From: a virus
Virus record (IMG/VR): IMGVR_UViG_3300007735_000802
Strand: one strand, 5' to 3'
DNA: 64,000 bases
The first letter of the stretch is position 1; each line of letters opens with the position of its first letter. The notes under the pieces are model-generated. The model was not told the DNA's origin. It did no database searches and was given only the letters and a program-made list of their open reading frames with translations. The translations under genes were made by a program, and so were the position numbers. Shown here piece after piece: positions 1 to 7,559 of this stretch.

Positions 1-436
1 CATTCAGAATCGCATCGGCAGCATCCGACAACGAAGGCTTCATGCTGTTCTTCGTTTCCGCGAGGTACTGGTCGAAGAGATCTTCGATGCCGAGCTGACG
101 CGCGACTTCGCGAATCGACCGAAGCTCCGCATCGACATCGAACGGATTCTCGCTCCGGTACTTCGCAATCTCATCATGCACATCCTGCGCGATATCGACG
201 CAATTGTCGCTCGCGTCGTGCTGCATTCCGTAGGTATCACGGAGATTCCGCAGCAGCTTCTGCACATTGACGAGCACACGAACATCAGTCTCGCCCATGC
301 GGCCGTTCGCACCGATGTCGTTCAGCGTGTTCGTGAGATTGATGCCGATGATGTCGAGGATTCCCGCGACGACGAGCGGATTGTGCGTATTGGGAACACC
401 GTTGACCGAAAGGGGAAGATTGTGGTTGTTGCTCAT
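1..436 (-). CDS. hypothetical early protein (3' end runs off the window)
   Basis: ATG at 436 (MSNNHNLPLSVNGVPN...), open to the window edge, AGAGAG-like RBS upstream; not in the ORF track. Confidence 0.6.
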   Translation of the reverse strand, partial: MSNNHNLPLSVNGVPNTHNPLVVAGILDIIGINLTNTLNDIGANGRMGETDVRVLVNVQKLLRNLRDTYGMQHDASDNCVDIAQDVHDEIAKYRSENPFDVDAELRSIREVARQLGIEDLFDQYLAETKNSMKPSLSDAADAILN

Positions 437-468
437 TGTGTTGCTCTCTGAAAGGGGTGAAAGGTGAA

Positions 469-539
469 AGAGTCGAGCGGGAGTCGAACCCGCATTTCGT
501 CCCTTGTGGGGCGATCCTTCCATTTGGATGATCGACTCT
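469..539 (-). ncRNA. tRNA-like RNA with degenerate anticodon arm (pseudo-tRNA or tRNA mimic)
   Basis: Reverse complement gives acceptor stem GAGTCGA/TCGACTC, D-arm ATCC-AAATGGAA-GGAT and T-arm GCGGG-TTCGACT-CCCGC; the middle hairpin CGCCC-CACAAG-GGACG is not a canonical 5+7+5 arm. Confidence 0.6.
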
Positions 540-546
540 GCGAGGG

Positions 547-810
547 TCAGGCCTTGAGGCCAGCCTCCCGCAGGAACTCCGCGCGGAGCTTGTTCAGCGT
601 GTCGAGCGACGAAGTCGCATCGGCAGCGCGCTGATGCGCGATCTTGCGCTTGCGCTCCTCGACCGCGATCTTGCGGTCGATCTTCTTCATCTCCTTCGCG
701 ACCGCGTCACGGAGGAGCTGCTCGCGCAGGCTCGCGAGCGACTGAATCGGACGCGGACCCTTGCGGCTGGGGGTGCGGGTGGTGGAACCGTTAGCGTTGC
801 TGTTCTTCAT
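547..810 (-). CDS. basic coiled-coil early protein
   Basis: Start moved to ATG 810, 6 nt downstream of TATAAT (leaderless). Confidence 0.65.
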   Translation of the reverse strand: MKNSNANGSTTRTPSRKGPRPIQSLASLREQLLRDAVAKEMKKIDRKIAVEERKRKIAHQRAADATSSLDTLNKLRAEFLREAGLKA

Positions 811-816
811 GCGCTC

Positions 817-844
817 ATTATACCAAGGCCGCCATGCCATGCAA
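817..844 (-). promoter_or_regulatory. sigma70-type promoter, leaderless
   Basis: TTGCAT-16-TATAAT with extended TG; ATG 6 nt downstream. Confidence 0.65.
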
Positions 845-913
845 GCCCCTTGAAGCATAAATCTTCTCGGATTTCGTAACCCTCGAGGTGACAAGGACTT
901 ACGCGCAAAGAGG

Positions 914-1004
914 TTATTGGACCCGATTGTGGATAACTTGTGGACAGCGCACCCCGGTTGATAGTAAATTATTGGACCTAGAACTTATCCACAACTTATC
1001 CACA
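914..1004. promoter_or_regulatory. DnaA-box cluster with GTTGATAGTA and TTATTGGAC repeats between divergent promoters
   Basis: TGTGGATAA 928-936, degenerate TGTGGACAG 939-947, TTATCCACA 985-993 and 996-1004; GTTGATAGTA 957-966; TTATTGGAC 914-922 and 969-977. Confidence 0.75.
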
Positions 1005-1020
1005 TTCCGAAATGGTGGGC

Positions 1021-1049
1021 TTGACAGGGAGGGGAAAAGCTGATATTAT
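1021..1049 (+). promoter_or_regulatory. sigma70-type promoter, leaderless
   Basis: TTGACA-17-TATTAT with extended TG; ATG 1056 lies 6 nt downstream. Confidence 0.75.
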
Positions 1050-1055
1050 CAGGGA

Positions 1056-1268
1056 ATGCACAACTTCCCCAAGCATATGTACGAAATGACCGAAGCCGAG
1101 CTTATTCGCGAGCTCGGGATTCTCGAGCCGCGTGTTCGCGAGCTCTACGCGCTGCTCGACCGCGGTGAGCTGGAGTCGAAGGATCTCTTCGAGCTCAATC
1201 GCAGCGACATTCGCGCGACCATGATTCGTGCCGAGCTCGATGCGCGTTGCAATGCGGCTTGCGTCTGA
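1056..1268 (+). CDS. hypothetical early protein
   Basis: ORF directly after the promoter. Confidence 0.7.
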   Translation: MHNFPKHMYEMTEAELIRELGILEPRVRELYALLDRGELESKDLFELNRSDIRATMIRAELDARCNAACV

Positions 1269-1294
1269 TTCAATCCGAAAGAAAGAGGAAACAC

Positions 1295-1621
1295 ATGAGC
1301 GACGATGGCTACAACGGATGGAAGAACTACGAAACTTGGAATGTGAATCTCTGGATTCAGAACGACGAAGGCTTCTACAATGCAATGGTGGAAGAGCTGC
1401 GTTCGATTCTCGAATCTCACGAATGGGATTGGGAGAATGTCAGCCTTGCAGAAGTTCGCACTCTCGTTCGTGATGTCATCGGACTGAAGACTCCCGATGG
1501 CGTTCGCACTACGGATATCCTGATCGACTGGATGGAAATCTCCGATGCGCTCCTCGAGCTCGCGGAAGGCAACAACATTCCCGTGCGTGGCGAAGATTCG
1601 ACCGAAATCCCTGGCTACTAA
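1295..1621 (+). CDS. acidic conserved phage protein (YNGWxNYETWNVxLW motif)
   Basis: GAGGA RBS before ATG 1295; motif common in phage early proteins. Confidence 0.75.
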   Translation: MSDDGYNGWKNYETWNVNLWIQNDEGFYNAMVEELRSILESHEWDWENVSLAEVRTLVRDVIGLKTPDGVRTTDILIDWMEISDALLELAEGNNIPVRGEDSTEIPGY

Positions 1622-1634
1622 ATAGAGAAAGAAC

Positions 1635-1805
1635 ATGAGCTACCCACACGACGACGATTTCGATGGATACCGATACGGTCTGACCGAATCTCAGATTCGC
1701 GAAAAGCTTCGTTTCGCGATTCATGGCGACGAAGACGAAAACGACGATTTCTTCGATTCGTTCGATGATGTTGACGAATCCGAAGACGAAGATTCGGATT
1801 GGTGA
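1635..1805 (+). CDS. very acidic 56-aa protein
   Basis: MSYPHDDDFDGY...DEDENDDFFDSFDDVDESEDEDSDW; below the ORF-track cutoff; followed by a terminator. Confidence 0.65.
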   Translation: MSYPHDDDFDGYRYGLTESQIREKLRFAIHGDEDENDDFFDSFDDVDESEDEDSDW

Positions 1806-1831
1806 AATACCGATCCGTAGCTCAACGATTC

Positions 1832-1859
1832 AAACGGGATCCTTTCGGGATCCCGTTTT
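1832..1859 (+). terminator. intrinsic terminator
   Basis: AAACGGGATCC-TTTCG-GGATCCCGTTTT. Confidence 0.8.
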
Positions 1860-1860
1860 C

Positions 1861-1918
1861 GTTGATAGTATAATATGTTGATAGTATGGGCAGTTGATAG
1901 TATATACGGTTGATAGTA
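1861..1918 (+). repeat. iteron-like array, 4x GTTGATAGTA at exact 16-bp period
   Basis: Copies start at 1861, 1877, 1893 and 1909; an AT-rich tract follows. Confidence 0.9.
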
Positions 1919-2226
1919 ATTGTCATTTTCGCAATACGCTGTTTTATATTTTCAAGTAAAGTTTATTTGCGCGGTGTGGTACGCGGTGATTCGTTGCGAA
2001 TCATTGTGGATTATTGAGGAGCGGCTAAGCCTCACCCTCCCTACCACTATCCTCTAACCTTCTCTCCGGTATCCTCTACCATCGTATTGCAGTACCCTCT
2101 ACAGTCTTATACGAGAGTCTTTCCACACTTTCCCCCACATCTCCCCACTCTTTCCCACAACTTATTTGTTACCTTTACATAAAGAACAAAGATCCTTTCG
2201 GATCTTTGATATTTTGTCCTTTCTCA

Positions 2227-2655
2227 TCAGAAAAGAATGACGAGAAGCAGAACTGGAATGGCGATTAGAACAAATGCGAGAGAGCAGAGAATCAAAAGAG
2301 CGAGAATGAATACATCTGATGCTGAACTTTGACTTGGACTCTTGGTCGATTTCCATTGTGTGACATTCTTCTTTGTTCCGTTCAATGCATGAATGGTGTC
2401 TTCGTATGAGAAGAAGAGAGAATCGACGGGATCGGTGATTGATGTGGTATCGGGTTGAGGAGACTTTCGGGAAATCTTTCCTTCTCTTACCAGTCGATCT
2501 TCTTCAAGAGAGAGAAACATTTCGATGTCTGTGGGTACATATTCGGCATCGGAAGTGTTTGGTTTGGCATTTACCATCTCTGCGTACTGGCGAGATGCAA
2601 TGTCTGTCTGTACACGAAGAAAGTCTTCGAGGGATGATTCAATCTTGTTCGTCAT
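2227..2655 (-). CDS. hypothetical protein with C-terminal transmembrane segment
   Basis: C-terminal VFILALLILCSLAFVLIAIPVLLLVILF. Confidence 0.55.
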   Translation of the reverse strand: MTNKIESSLEDFLRVQTDIASRQYAEMVNAKPNTSDAEYVPTDIEMFLSLEEDRLVREGKISRKSPQPDTTSITDPVDSLFFSYEDTIHALNGTKKNVTQWKSTKSPSQSSASDVFILALLILCSLAFVLIAIPVLLLVILF

Positions 2656-2800
2656 CTTGGGTACTGGAGTCTTCCTATGCGAGCGAGCATATCGAATCGA
2701 AACAGGTCACACACTTCTTCTGATTGTGAGATTGCTTTCTGAGGAGGAGGAGGTGATTCATTTACCTTCTCCATCAGCGTATCCCAAAAGGCGTACTTGT

Positions 2801-2944
2801 CTATCGGTTGTTCCTTCGATTCTGCTCCTCGAGCTTGTCCTGAATCTTTCGGAGAGTGTTTGCGATGTCGTTGATTTGCCATACGATGGAACCGATGATA
2901 TAGGCGGTTGCGAGTGCGAACAGGACGAGAAAGAAGGTATCCAT
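2801..2944 (-). CDS. small single-pass membrane protein
   Basis: MDTFFLVLFALATAYIIGSIVWQINDIANTLRKIQDKLEEQNRRNNR; AAGGA RBS. Confidence 0.55.
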   Translation of the reverse strand: MDTFFLVLFALATAYIIGSIVWQINDIANTLRKIQDKLEEQNRRNNR

Positions 2945-2955
2945 GAGAGATTTCC

Positions 2956-3054
2956 TTAGTTGTCGAATAGGTCAATCCCGAAGATTGACATTAGAACGGA
3001 AGCGGTCAGAGCGAGCACGATGAAGATCACGATGAATGAAACGAGAAGACTCAT
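2956..3054 (-). CDS. small membrane peptide
   Basis: MSLLVSFIVIFIVLALTASVLMSIFGIDLFDN; ATGA overlap with the upstream gene. Confidence 0.55.
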   Translation of the reverse strand: MSLLVSFIVIFIVLALTASVLMSIFGIDLFDN

Positions 3055-3410
3055 GCGAGAATGACCCCGGAGAAGCGAGCGACATATGAGAATGCGTCTT
3101 TGGTGCGATTGCGGTAGATGCGAATGGAATCCGATTCCGAAGACATCAGCATTTCGGTGTTCGGGTCGATGTGCGTCTGAAGAATGAACCATGTGTCTTC
3201 ACCCTGCACCATTTCACGAAACAGAATGCAGACAGGAATCTGATCGGACTCAAGCTTGAATCCCTTGGGGTAGACGAGCGATTCGTAGTCGCGGTGAATG
3301 TAGCATGAGTACAGATCCGAGAACATCGAACGAGTCTTCTCGTCTTCGCGAAACAGCAGATGATCGGGAAGAAGAGAGCGAAGGTGCTGCATTGAAGTCG
3401 GTGTAATCAA
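3051..3410 (-). CDS. hypothetical early protein
   Basis: Coupled ORF in the minus-strand operon. Confidence 0.6.
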   Translation of the reverse strand: MITPTSMQHLRSLLPDHLLFREDEKTRSMFSDLYSCYIHRDYESLVYPKGFKLESDQIPVCILFREMVQGEDTWFILQTHIDPNTEMLMSSESDSIRIYRNRTKDAFSYVARFSGVILA

Positions 3411-3691
3411 GTGAGTTCTCCGTATTCGATTCCAGTTTCGGGATCGGTGTCTGCAATCAGAATCTCGTCTCGCTGAATGACGGCGATCTTGCGTCCGAGT
3501 TCAGTTTCGGGAGTCAGATGCGGGCTCGAGGAGTGATTCACCGGAACACCATTGCGAGTGAGAAGGTAGAATCCGTCCACGATTCCATCCTCGACTCCAT
3601 CTTCGAGGAGCGAAAGAAGACGATGATACCGATGCGATTCGATATCGACTGCGATAATGAGACGAGTGTGATTGTTTCCGCTGTCAGTCAT
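3407..3691 (-). CDS. hypothetical early protein
   Basis: Coupled ORF in the minus-strand operon. Confidence 0.6.
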   Translation of the reverse strand: MTDSGNNHTRLIIAVDIESHRYHRLLSLLEDGVEDGIVDGFYLLTRNGVPVNHSSSPHLTPETELGRKIAVIQRDEILIADTDPETGIEYGELT

Positions 3692-4523
3692 TGAGAGTCA
3701 CCATGTTGTCGTAGTTGCGATAAGCAGGACACGCGATGTGGTATCCGAAGTCGATGCAGACAGGATTTCCGTTCCATAGTCCGAGATTGCCACGATGAAG
3801 ATCGTTCATCATGTACGGATTGTCGTCTTCATTCCATGTCTCACCAAGGCGAAGACGAGGATTCTTCCATGCGTCTTCGCTTGTGTCCGTTTCGGACAGA
3901 TCGTCGTACTGCGTATTTCCAATGTCGAGTTCCATGATTCGGTACTTCAGCGACATGGGATCACGAACCGCGTCGATGGCATTGAACGAATCCATCCAGT
4001 TCGACTCTTCGTTCACATCGGCATCAATCGACTTCCAAAACTTCTTGACGGAAGACTTGGACATGGAGCGAAGACCGTAGAACCGAATGTAGTTCAGATA
4101 CATACCCTGAATCACCGGAGAACCAAGAATCTCTGCACAGAGACGACCGTGTTCGGTGCAGTCTGCATTGCAAGACTCGTACCCCCAACGATTGCGAGTA
4201 CGAGCCTTGTTCGTTCGTGGACGCACAATCCACAGAACCATCTTGCCAACAGGAGGAGCGAGTCCTTCGTCTGCTGCAATCTTTTGCCGCTGCCATGCGG
4301 CATACGCTTCAATCGAAGTGTTGAACATCTTGATGGCGTACTGGTTTGGATTGTTGACTTCTGCACCATTCGGAAAGAAGTCAGACTGGCATCCCGAATC
4401 ACGCGAAACAGGCATTCCCCGCATCTCGTACACCTTGACATCACCCATGATCGGGTGCGTCATTGTGCGAGTGGAAGTGAAATGCGGATACGATCCGTTC
4501 TGATTGTGTGGCACAGTTTCCAT
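3684..4523 (-). CDS. protein-kinase-like fold protein
   Basis: YAIKMF (beta3 Lys), NDLHRGN catalytic loop, CIDFG; start placed at ATG 4523, downstream of the promoter. Confidence 0.65.
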   Translation of the reverse strand: METVPHNQNGSYPHFTSTRTMTHPIMGDVKVYEMRGMPVSRDSGCQSDFFPNGAEVNNPNQYAIKMFNTSIEAYAAWQRQKIAADEGLAPPVGKMVLWIVRPRTNKARTRNRWGYESCNADCTEHGRLCAEILGSPVIQGMYLNYIRFYGLRSMSKSSVKKFWKSIDADVNEESNWMDSFNAIDAVRDPMSLKYRIMELDIGNTQYDDLSETDTSEDAWKNPRLRLGETWNEDDNPYMMNDLHRGNLGLWNGNPVCIDFGYHIACPAYRNYDNMVTLND

Positions 4524-4563
4524 ATCTCGAGCTCTCTTGAAGGGTTGCGAGTTGTGAGATGGC

Positions 4564-4592
4564 ATTATACCATAAATCCGGTTCGTTGTCAA
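4564..4592 (-). promoter_or_regulatory. sigma70-type early promoter (leadered)
   Basis: TTGACA-17-TATAAT with extended TG. Confidence 0.8.
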
Positions 4593-4605
4593 GTCGAGCG
4601 AGACA

Positions 4606-4809
4606 TCAGTACGGTCGATTGCTTGGAGAGGTCACGAACATTCGGAAGATGTTGGGGTAGTTGCCATCATCGTCCATGAATGCTTCATTGCTGCACTCGT
4701 TGACAATGAAATCCTCGAGCTCGAGCAGTTCCGCATCGGTCAGTTCGTTCAGCATATCGTTGATCGCCGTCCGAATGTTTTCGGTCTTGCTGTTCATTTC
4801 TTCGCTCAT
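4606..4809 (-). CDS. acidic hypothetical protein
   Basis: Likely start MSEEMNSK after AGGAG RBS. Confidence 0.6.
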   Translation of the reverse strand: MSEEMNSKTENIRTAINDMLNELTDAELLELEDFIVNECSNEAFMDDDGNYPNIFRMFVTSPSNRPY

Positions 4810-5330
4810 CAGACATTCTCCTTCCGGTTTGCGTCCTCGAAGTAAATCTCGTTCGGTTCCGAGTAGTGAACTTCGGTACGAATCACATCCTGCGCATAGA
4901 ACTTGCCATTCTCCCACAACCAACGCCAACGCTCACCATCTTCGCCCTTCACATCAACGAAGCATCCGTGAATGACCACGGGAGCAATGGCAGCGAAGAA
5001 CTTCTCTTCGTCACCAATCTTCGATTCACCACCACGAATGTCGAGGTAGAAGTGGGTAATGCCATTCTCCTCATTGGTGATCTCAAGATCGTATCCCCAA
5101 CACTCGAAAACGCGAATGATGTCACGATCCGCAACCGCCTTGCGGACATCTTCGGTATTCACCCACGAATACCACCAAGACGACTGCTTGTCGTTTGCAT
5201 AACATCCACCGTTGCCATTCTCTTCAAGATTCTTGTCGCTCATCAGATTGGCAACAAGATCGAAGAAGCGGGGAAGATCCGAAGTGCGAATGGAGAACGA
5301 AGTCTGCGGAGTGCTGATGTAGTAACCCAT
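4809..5330 (-). CDS. conserved phage protein
   Basis: Likely start MGYY after AAGGA; motif KIGDEEKFF...GEDGERWRW. Confidence 0.7.
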   Translation of the reverse strand: MGYYISTPQTSFSIRTSDLPRFFDLVANLMSDKNLEENGNGGCYANDKQSSWWYSWVNTEDVRKAVADRDIIRVFECWGYDLEITNEENGITHFYLDIRGGESKIGDEEKFFAAIAPVVIHGCFVDVKGEDGERWRWLWENGKFYAQDVIRTEVHYSEPNEIYFEDANRKENV

Positions 5331-5346
5331 TGTGTGTTTCCTTCTT

Positions 5347-5592
5347 TCAGAGAGACTTGTCGGTGATGCGAACGGCTTCGTGCATGGAATCCTCAATCGG
5401 TTCCACCATGTCTGTAATACCTTCTTCGATCTTGTTGAGATGACTGCAAATCTCATTCATGTTGATGTCTCCATCCATGATCCTGCTATGCAGATTGTCG
5501 ATCATGTCGATAACCCGATTCGCCTTTGCATCGACGCGAATGAGATTCTTTGCGGGAACCGAAACGGACTTGCTGATCTTCTTGGTCTTCAT
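5347..5592 (-). CDS. hypothetical helical protein (resembles 45908-46129)
   Basis: AAGGAAG RBS; shared IxDGxI...LxxIxExI pattern. Confidence 0.65.
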   Translation of the reverse strand: MKTKKISKSVSVPAKNLIRVDAKANRVIDMIDNLHSRIMDGDINMNEICSHLNKIEEGITDMVEPIEDSMHEAVRITDKSL

Positions 5593-5604
5593 GTCTTCCT
5601 TCTT

Positions 5605-5907
5605 TCAGAGATTCGGATTGATCGTGCTTGCGACGAAGATGAACTTGGCAACCTGATCGGTCGTGAGTCGCGCGAGGACATTCTCACCGTAGTAGTCGAA
5701 ACCTTCGACATGAACCCAAGCGTGAGTATCCGCGTTCCACGCAGCGCACTCTGCGGTCGTCTTGCCGTCAGAGTAGTTGCCTTCTCCCCAACGAACGGAA
5801 ACGGTCACGCGATTGGTGAAAGTCATCGTGAATCCACGGTTGACACGATGCGGTTCAAGATTGAAACGCGCGAGAGAATCGGAAATGGTGCTGTCCTCGG
5901 TCATCAT
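5605..5907 (-). CDS. hypothetical early protein, leaderless
   Basis: ATG 6 nt after TATAAT. Confidence 0.7.
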   Translation of the reverse strand: MMTEDSTISDSLARFNLEPHRVNRGFTMTFTNRVTVSVRWGEGNYSDGKTTAECAAWNADTHAWVHVEGFDYYGENVLARLTTDQVAKFIFVASTINPNL

Positions 5908-5913
5908 GCGTGT

Positions 5914-5942
5914 ATTATACCATAAATCGGGGTGCTTGTCAA
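5914..5942 (-). promoter_or_regulatory. sigma70-type promoter, leaderless
   Basis: TTGACA-17-TATAAT with extended TG. Confidence 0.85.
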
Positions 5943-6418
5943 GTCCAGTCCCTACTTGCGCGTTCATCCGCAAGGGTAGTCTCGCAAGCATCACAGATGG
6001 AATGCGGAAATGGTTGATCGCGGTCGAGGCGGAATGCCTCGCCGCAATGCCCACAGACTCGTTCGGACATTGCCTCTACCATCGAAACCATACCGTCGAT
6101 GAAGATGCAAGTCTCACGAATCTTTACCATTTCGCTCTCGTCAAGGTTCTCGGCGTAGTGGAAGTCGAGATAGAAGCGAAGAGAACCGTACTTCTCCTTC
6201 ACCTGTACCGCGACTGGTTGGAACTGACGATTCGGATGCATTCGATTGATGAAGTCGCAATGAGACTGAATCGAACCGCAGAGTGCTTCGATGAGATTGA
6301 ACCACCCATCTCCACACTCAAACCCGAATGCCATGCAAGTATCCTTCACATCTCCCCCGTAGTCAGAGAAGAGTTTGGGATACTTGGCGACGAGTTGCTG
6401 CTCTAGCTCGAGTTTCAT
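5939..6418 (-). CDS. conserved phage protein with C-terminal zinc finger
   Basis: FECGDGW, QVKEKYGSLRFY, CGHCG...CDAC. Confidence 0.75.
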   Translation of the reverse strand: MKLELEQQLVAKYPKLFSDYGGDVKDTCMAFGFECGDGWFNLIEALCGSIQSHCDFINRMHPNRQFQPVAVQVKEKYGSLRFYLDFHYAENLDESEMVKIRETCIFIDGMVSMVEAMSERVCGHCGEAFRLDRDQPFPHSICDACETTLADERASRDWT

Positions 6419-6681
6419 TACTGATCCACCTCGACACGAACCTTGAAGTAGTTCTCCCTACCCGAATCTTCGACCATGATCGAAGTGATCTTGCCGAATC
6501 CGTAATCCTCTCCGACGAAGAGAGCATTTCCGTTTAGGACTCCACCTTCGGCATCGAACATATTCTCTGCCCCGCGATTGTAGCGAGACACACCTTCGAT
6601 GGTGTAGATTCCGTGTCCATTGTCGGTCACGAATCGTTCGAGTCCGTATCGTGCCATGTACTTGCGCTTTGTCGTGTTCAT
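6418..6681 (-). CDS. hypothetical early protein
   Basis: GAGGA RBS before ATG 6681. Confidence 0.6.
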   Translation of the reverse strand: MNTTKRKYMARYGLERFVTDNGHGIYTIEGVSRYNRGAENMFDAEGGVLNGNALFVGEDYGFGKITSIMVEDSGRENYFKVRVEVDQ

Positions 6682-6689
6682 TGTGTTCC

Positions 6690-6869
6690 TCAAATGGTGA
6701 TTTCGGTCAGATCGTCAACGATGGTGATGTTGTCTCGCGCTTCGTCCCATTCTTCGGTTTCCTCGAAATGCTTGGCGACACGATCCACATTGATCGGTTT
6801 GTCGCTCTTGATTCGATAAACGAACGGAGAACAGTTGCGAAACTCAACGATTGCGATTGCTTCAAACAT
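6690..6869 (-). CDS. 59-aa hypothetical protein
   Basis: MFEAIAIVEFRNCSPFVYRIKSDKP...; fills the gap between coupled genes. Confidence 0.6.
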   Translation of the reverse strand: MFEAIAIVEFRNCSPFVYRIKSDKPINVDRVAKHFEETEEWDEARDNITIVDDLTEITI

Positions 6870-7082
6870 TTATCTTGCCCTCGCGTATTCGCGGTTCAGT
6901 CGTCGTGCGTCTTCATTGTTACGCGCAATGAAGAGTTCACAATCTGCCTTGTGTGAGTAGATGATTCGTGCCACGGACTTGAAGGTGTGCTTGTCGGCAC
7001 AACCGACACAGTATTCCGTATCGGGAAAGAACTCAAGTCGAGCAGCAGGAATCTCGTTGCCACAGTCGAAACACTTACACAT
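6870..7082 (-). CDS. TraR/DksA-type C4 zinc-finger protein
   Basis: CFDCGNEIPAARLEFFPDTEYCVGCA. Confidence 0.8.
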   Translation of the reverse strand: MCKCFDCGNEIPAARLEFFPDTEYCVGCADKHTFKSVARIIYSHKADCELFIARNNEDARRLNREYARAR

Positions 7083-7320
7083 TGCGGGTCTTGCTCCTCA
7101 TTTCGTCAAGAGTGTCGCGGTAGTCCGCGCAGACATCACGAAAGCGGTTGATGAATGCGTGAAGTGCCACAGACATCTCTTCCTGATTCGACATCTGAAG
7201 AATGGAAACAGTTGCTTCCATCTCCTTGATGAGATCATCGTCACTCATCATGTCGTAGTAGTCGTACACGGTGTCGCGGGTGTCGTCATTCGGAATCATT
7301 GGGGTACAACTCACTTTCAA
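7075..7320 (-). CDS. acidic hypothetical protein
   Basis: Coupled ORF; start uncertain. Confidence 0.55.
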   Translation of the reverse strand: MKVSCTPMIPNDDTRDTVYDYYDMMSDDDLIKEMEATVSILQMSNQEEMSVALHAFINRFRDVCADYRDTLDEMRSKTRNV

Positions 7321-7522
7321 TCTGATGCATCAGAGTTTCGATGTGGTGAATCTGTTCCTCGAGCTGAGCGATTCGGTCTTCGGAGCTCGAGTAGTATCCA
7401 CCATTTGCAATCGCAAAGAGAGAATGAAGATTTCCACGAAGGAAACCATATGCGTATGCGTATTGAGCCTGGGAACTACGCGGAATGATGCGCGGAGGAG
7501 TGACGGAAGTCTCGGTTTGCAT
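7286..7522 (-). CDS. hypothetical early protein, leaderless
   Basis: ATG 7522 lies 6 nt after TATAAT. Confidence 0.65.
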   Translation of the reverse strand: MQTETSVTPPRIIPRSSQAQYAYAYGFLRGNLHSLFAIANGGYYSSSEDRIAQLEEQIHHIETLMHQIESELYPNDSE

Positions 7523-7528
7523 GGGCAT

Positions 7529-7557
7529 ATTATACCACAAACGACTGCGGTTGTCAA
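7529..7557 (-). promoter_or_regulatory. sigma70-type promoter, leaderless
   Basis: TTGACA-17-TATAAT with extended TG. Confidence 0.85.
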
Positions 7558-7559
7558 GA

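Noticed and set aside
914-1004. Bacterial chromosome oriC (host contamination)
   Set aside because: No dnaA, dnaN or other host genes nearby; the flanks share promoter architecture and motifs with the rest of the phage. Read-level confirmation is still advisable.
1794-1830. GATCCGTAGCTCAAC as a tRNA 5' half
   Set aside because: No T-arm or 3' acceptor strand follows; it runs into a terminator.
1861-1918. GTTGATAGTA array as a CRISPR array
   Set aside because: Repeats are 10 bp with 6-bp spacers, far too short, and there is no cas operon; the Cas4-like nuclease at 20.7 kb is a common stand-alone phage exonuclease.
6690-6869. Apparent gene gap or frameshift upstream of 6681
   Set aside because: An intact 59-aa ORF fills it; it is simply below the ORF-track cutoff.
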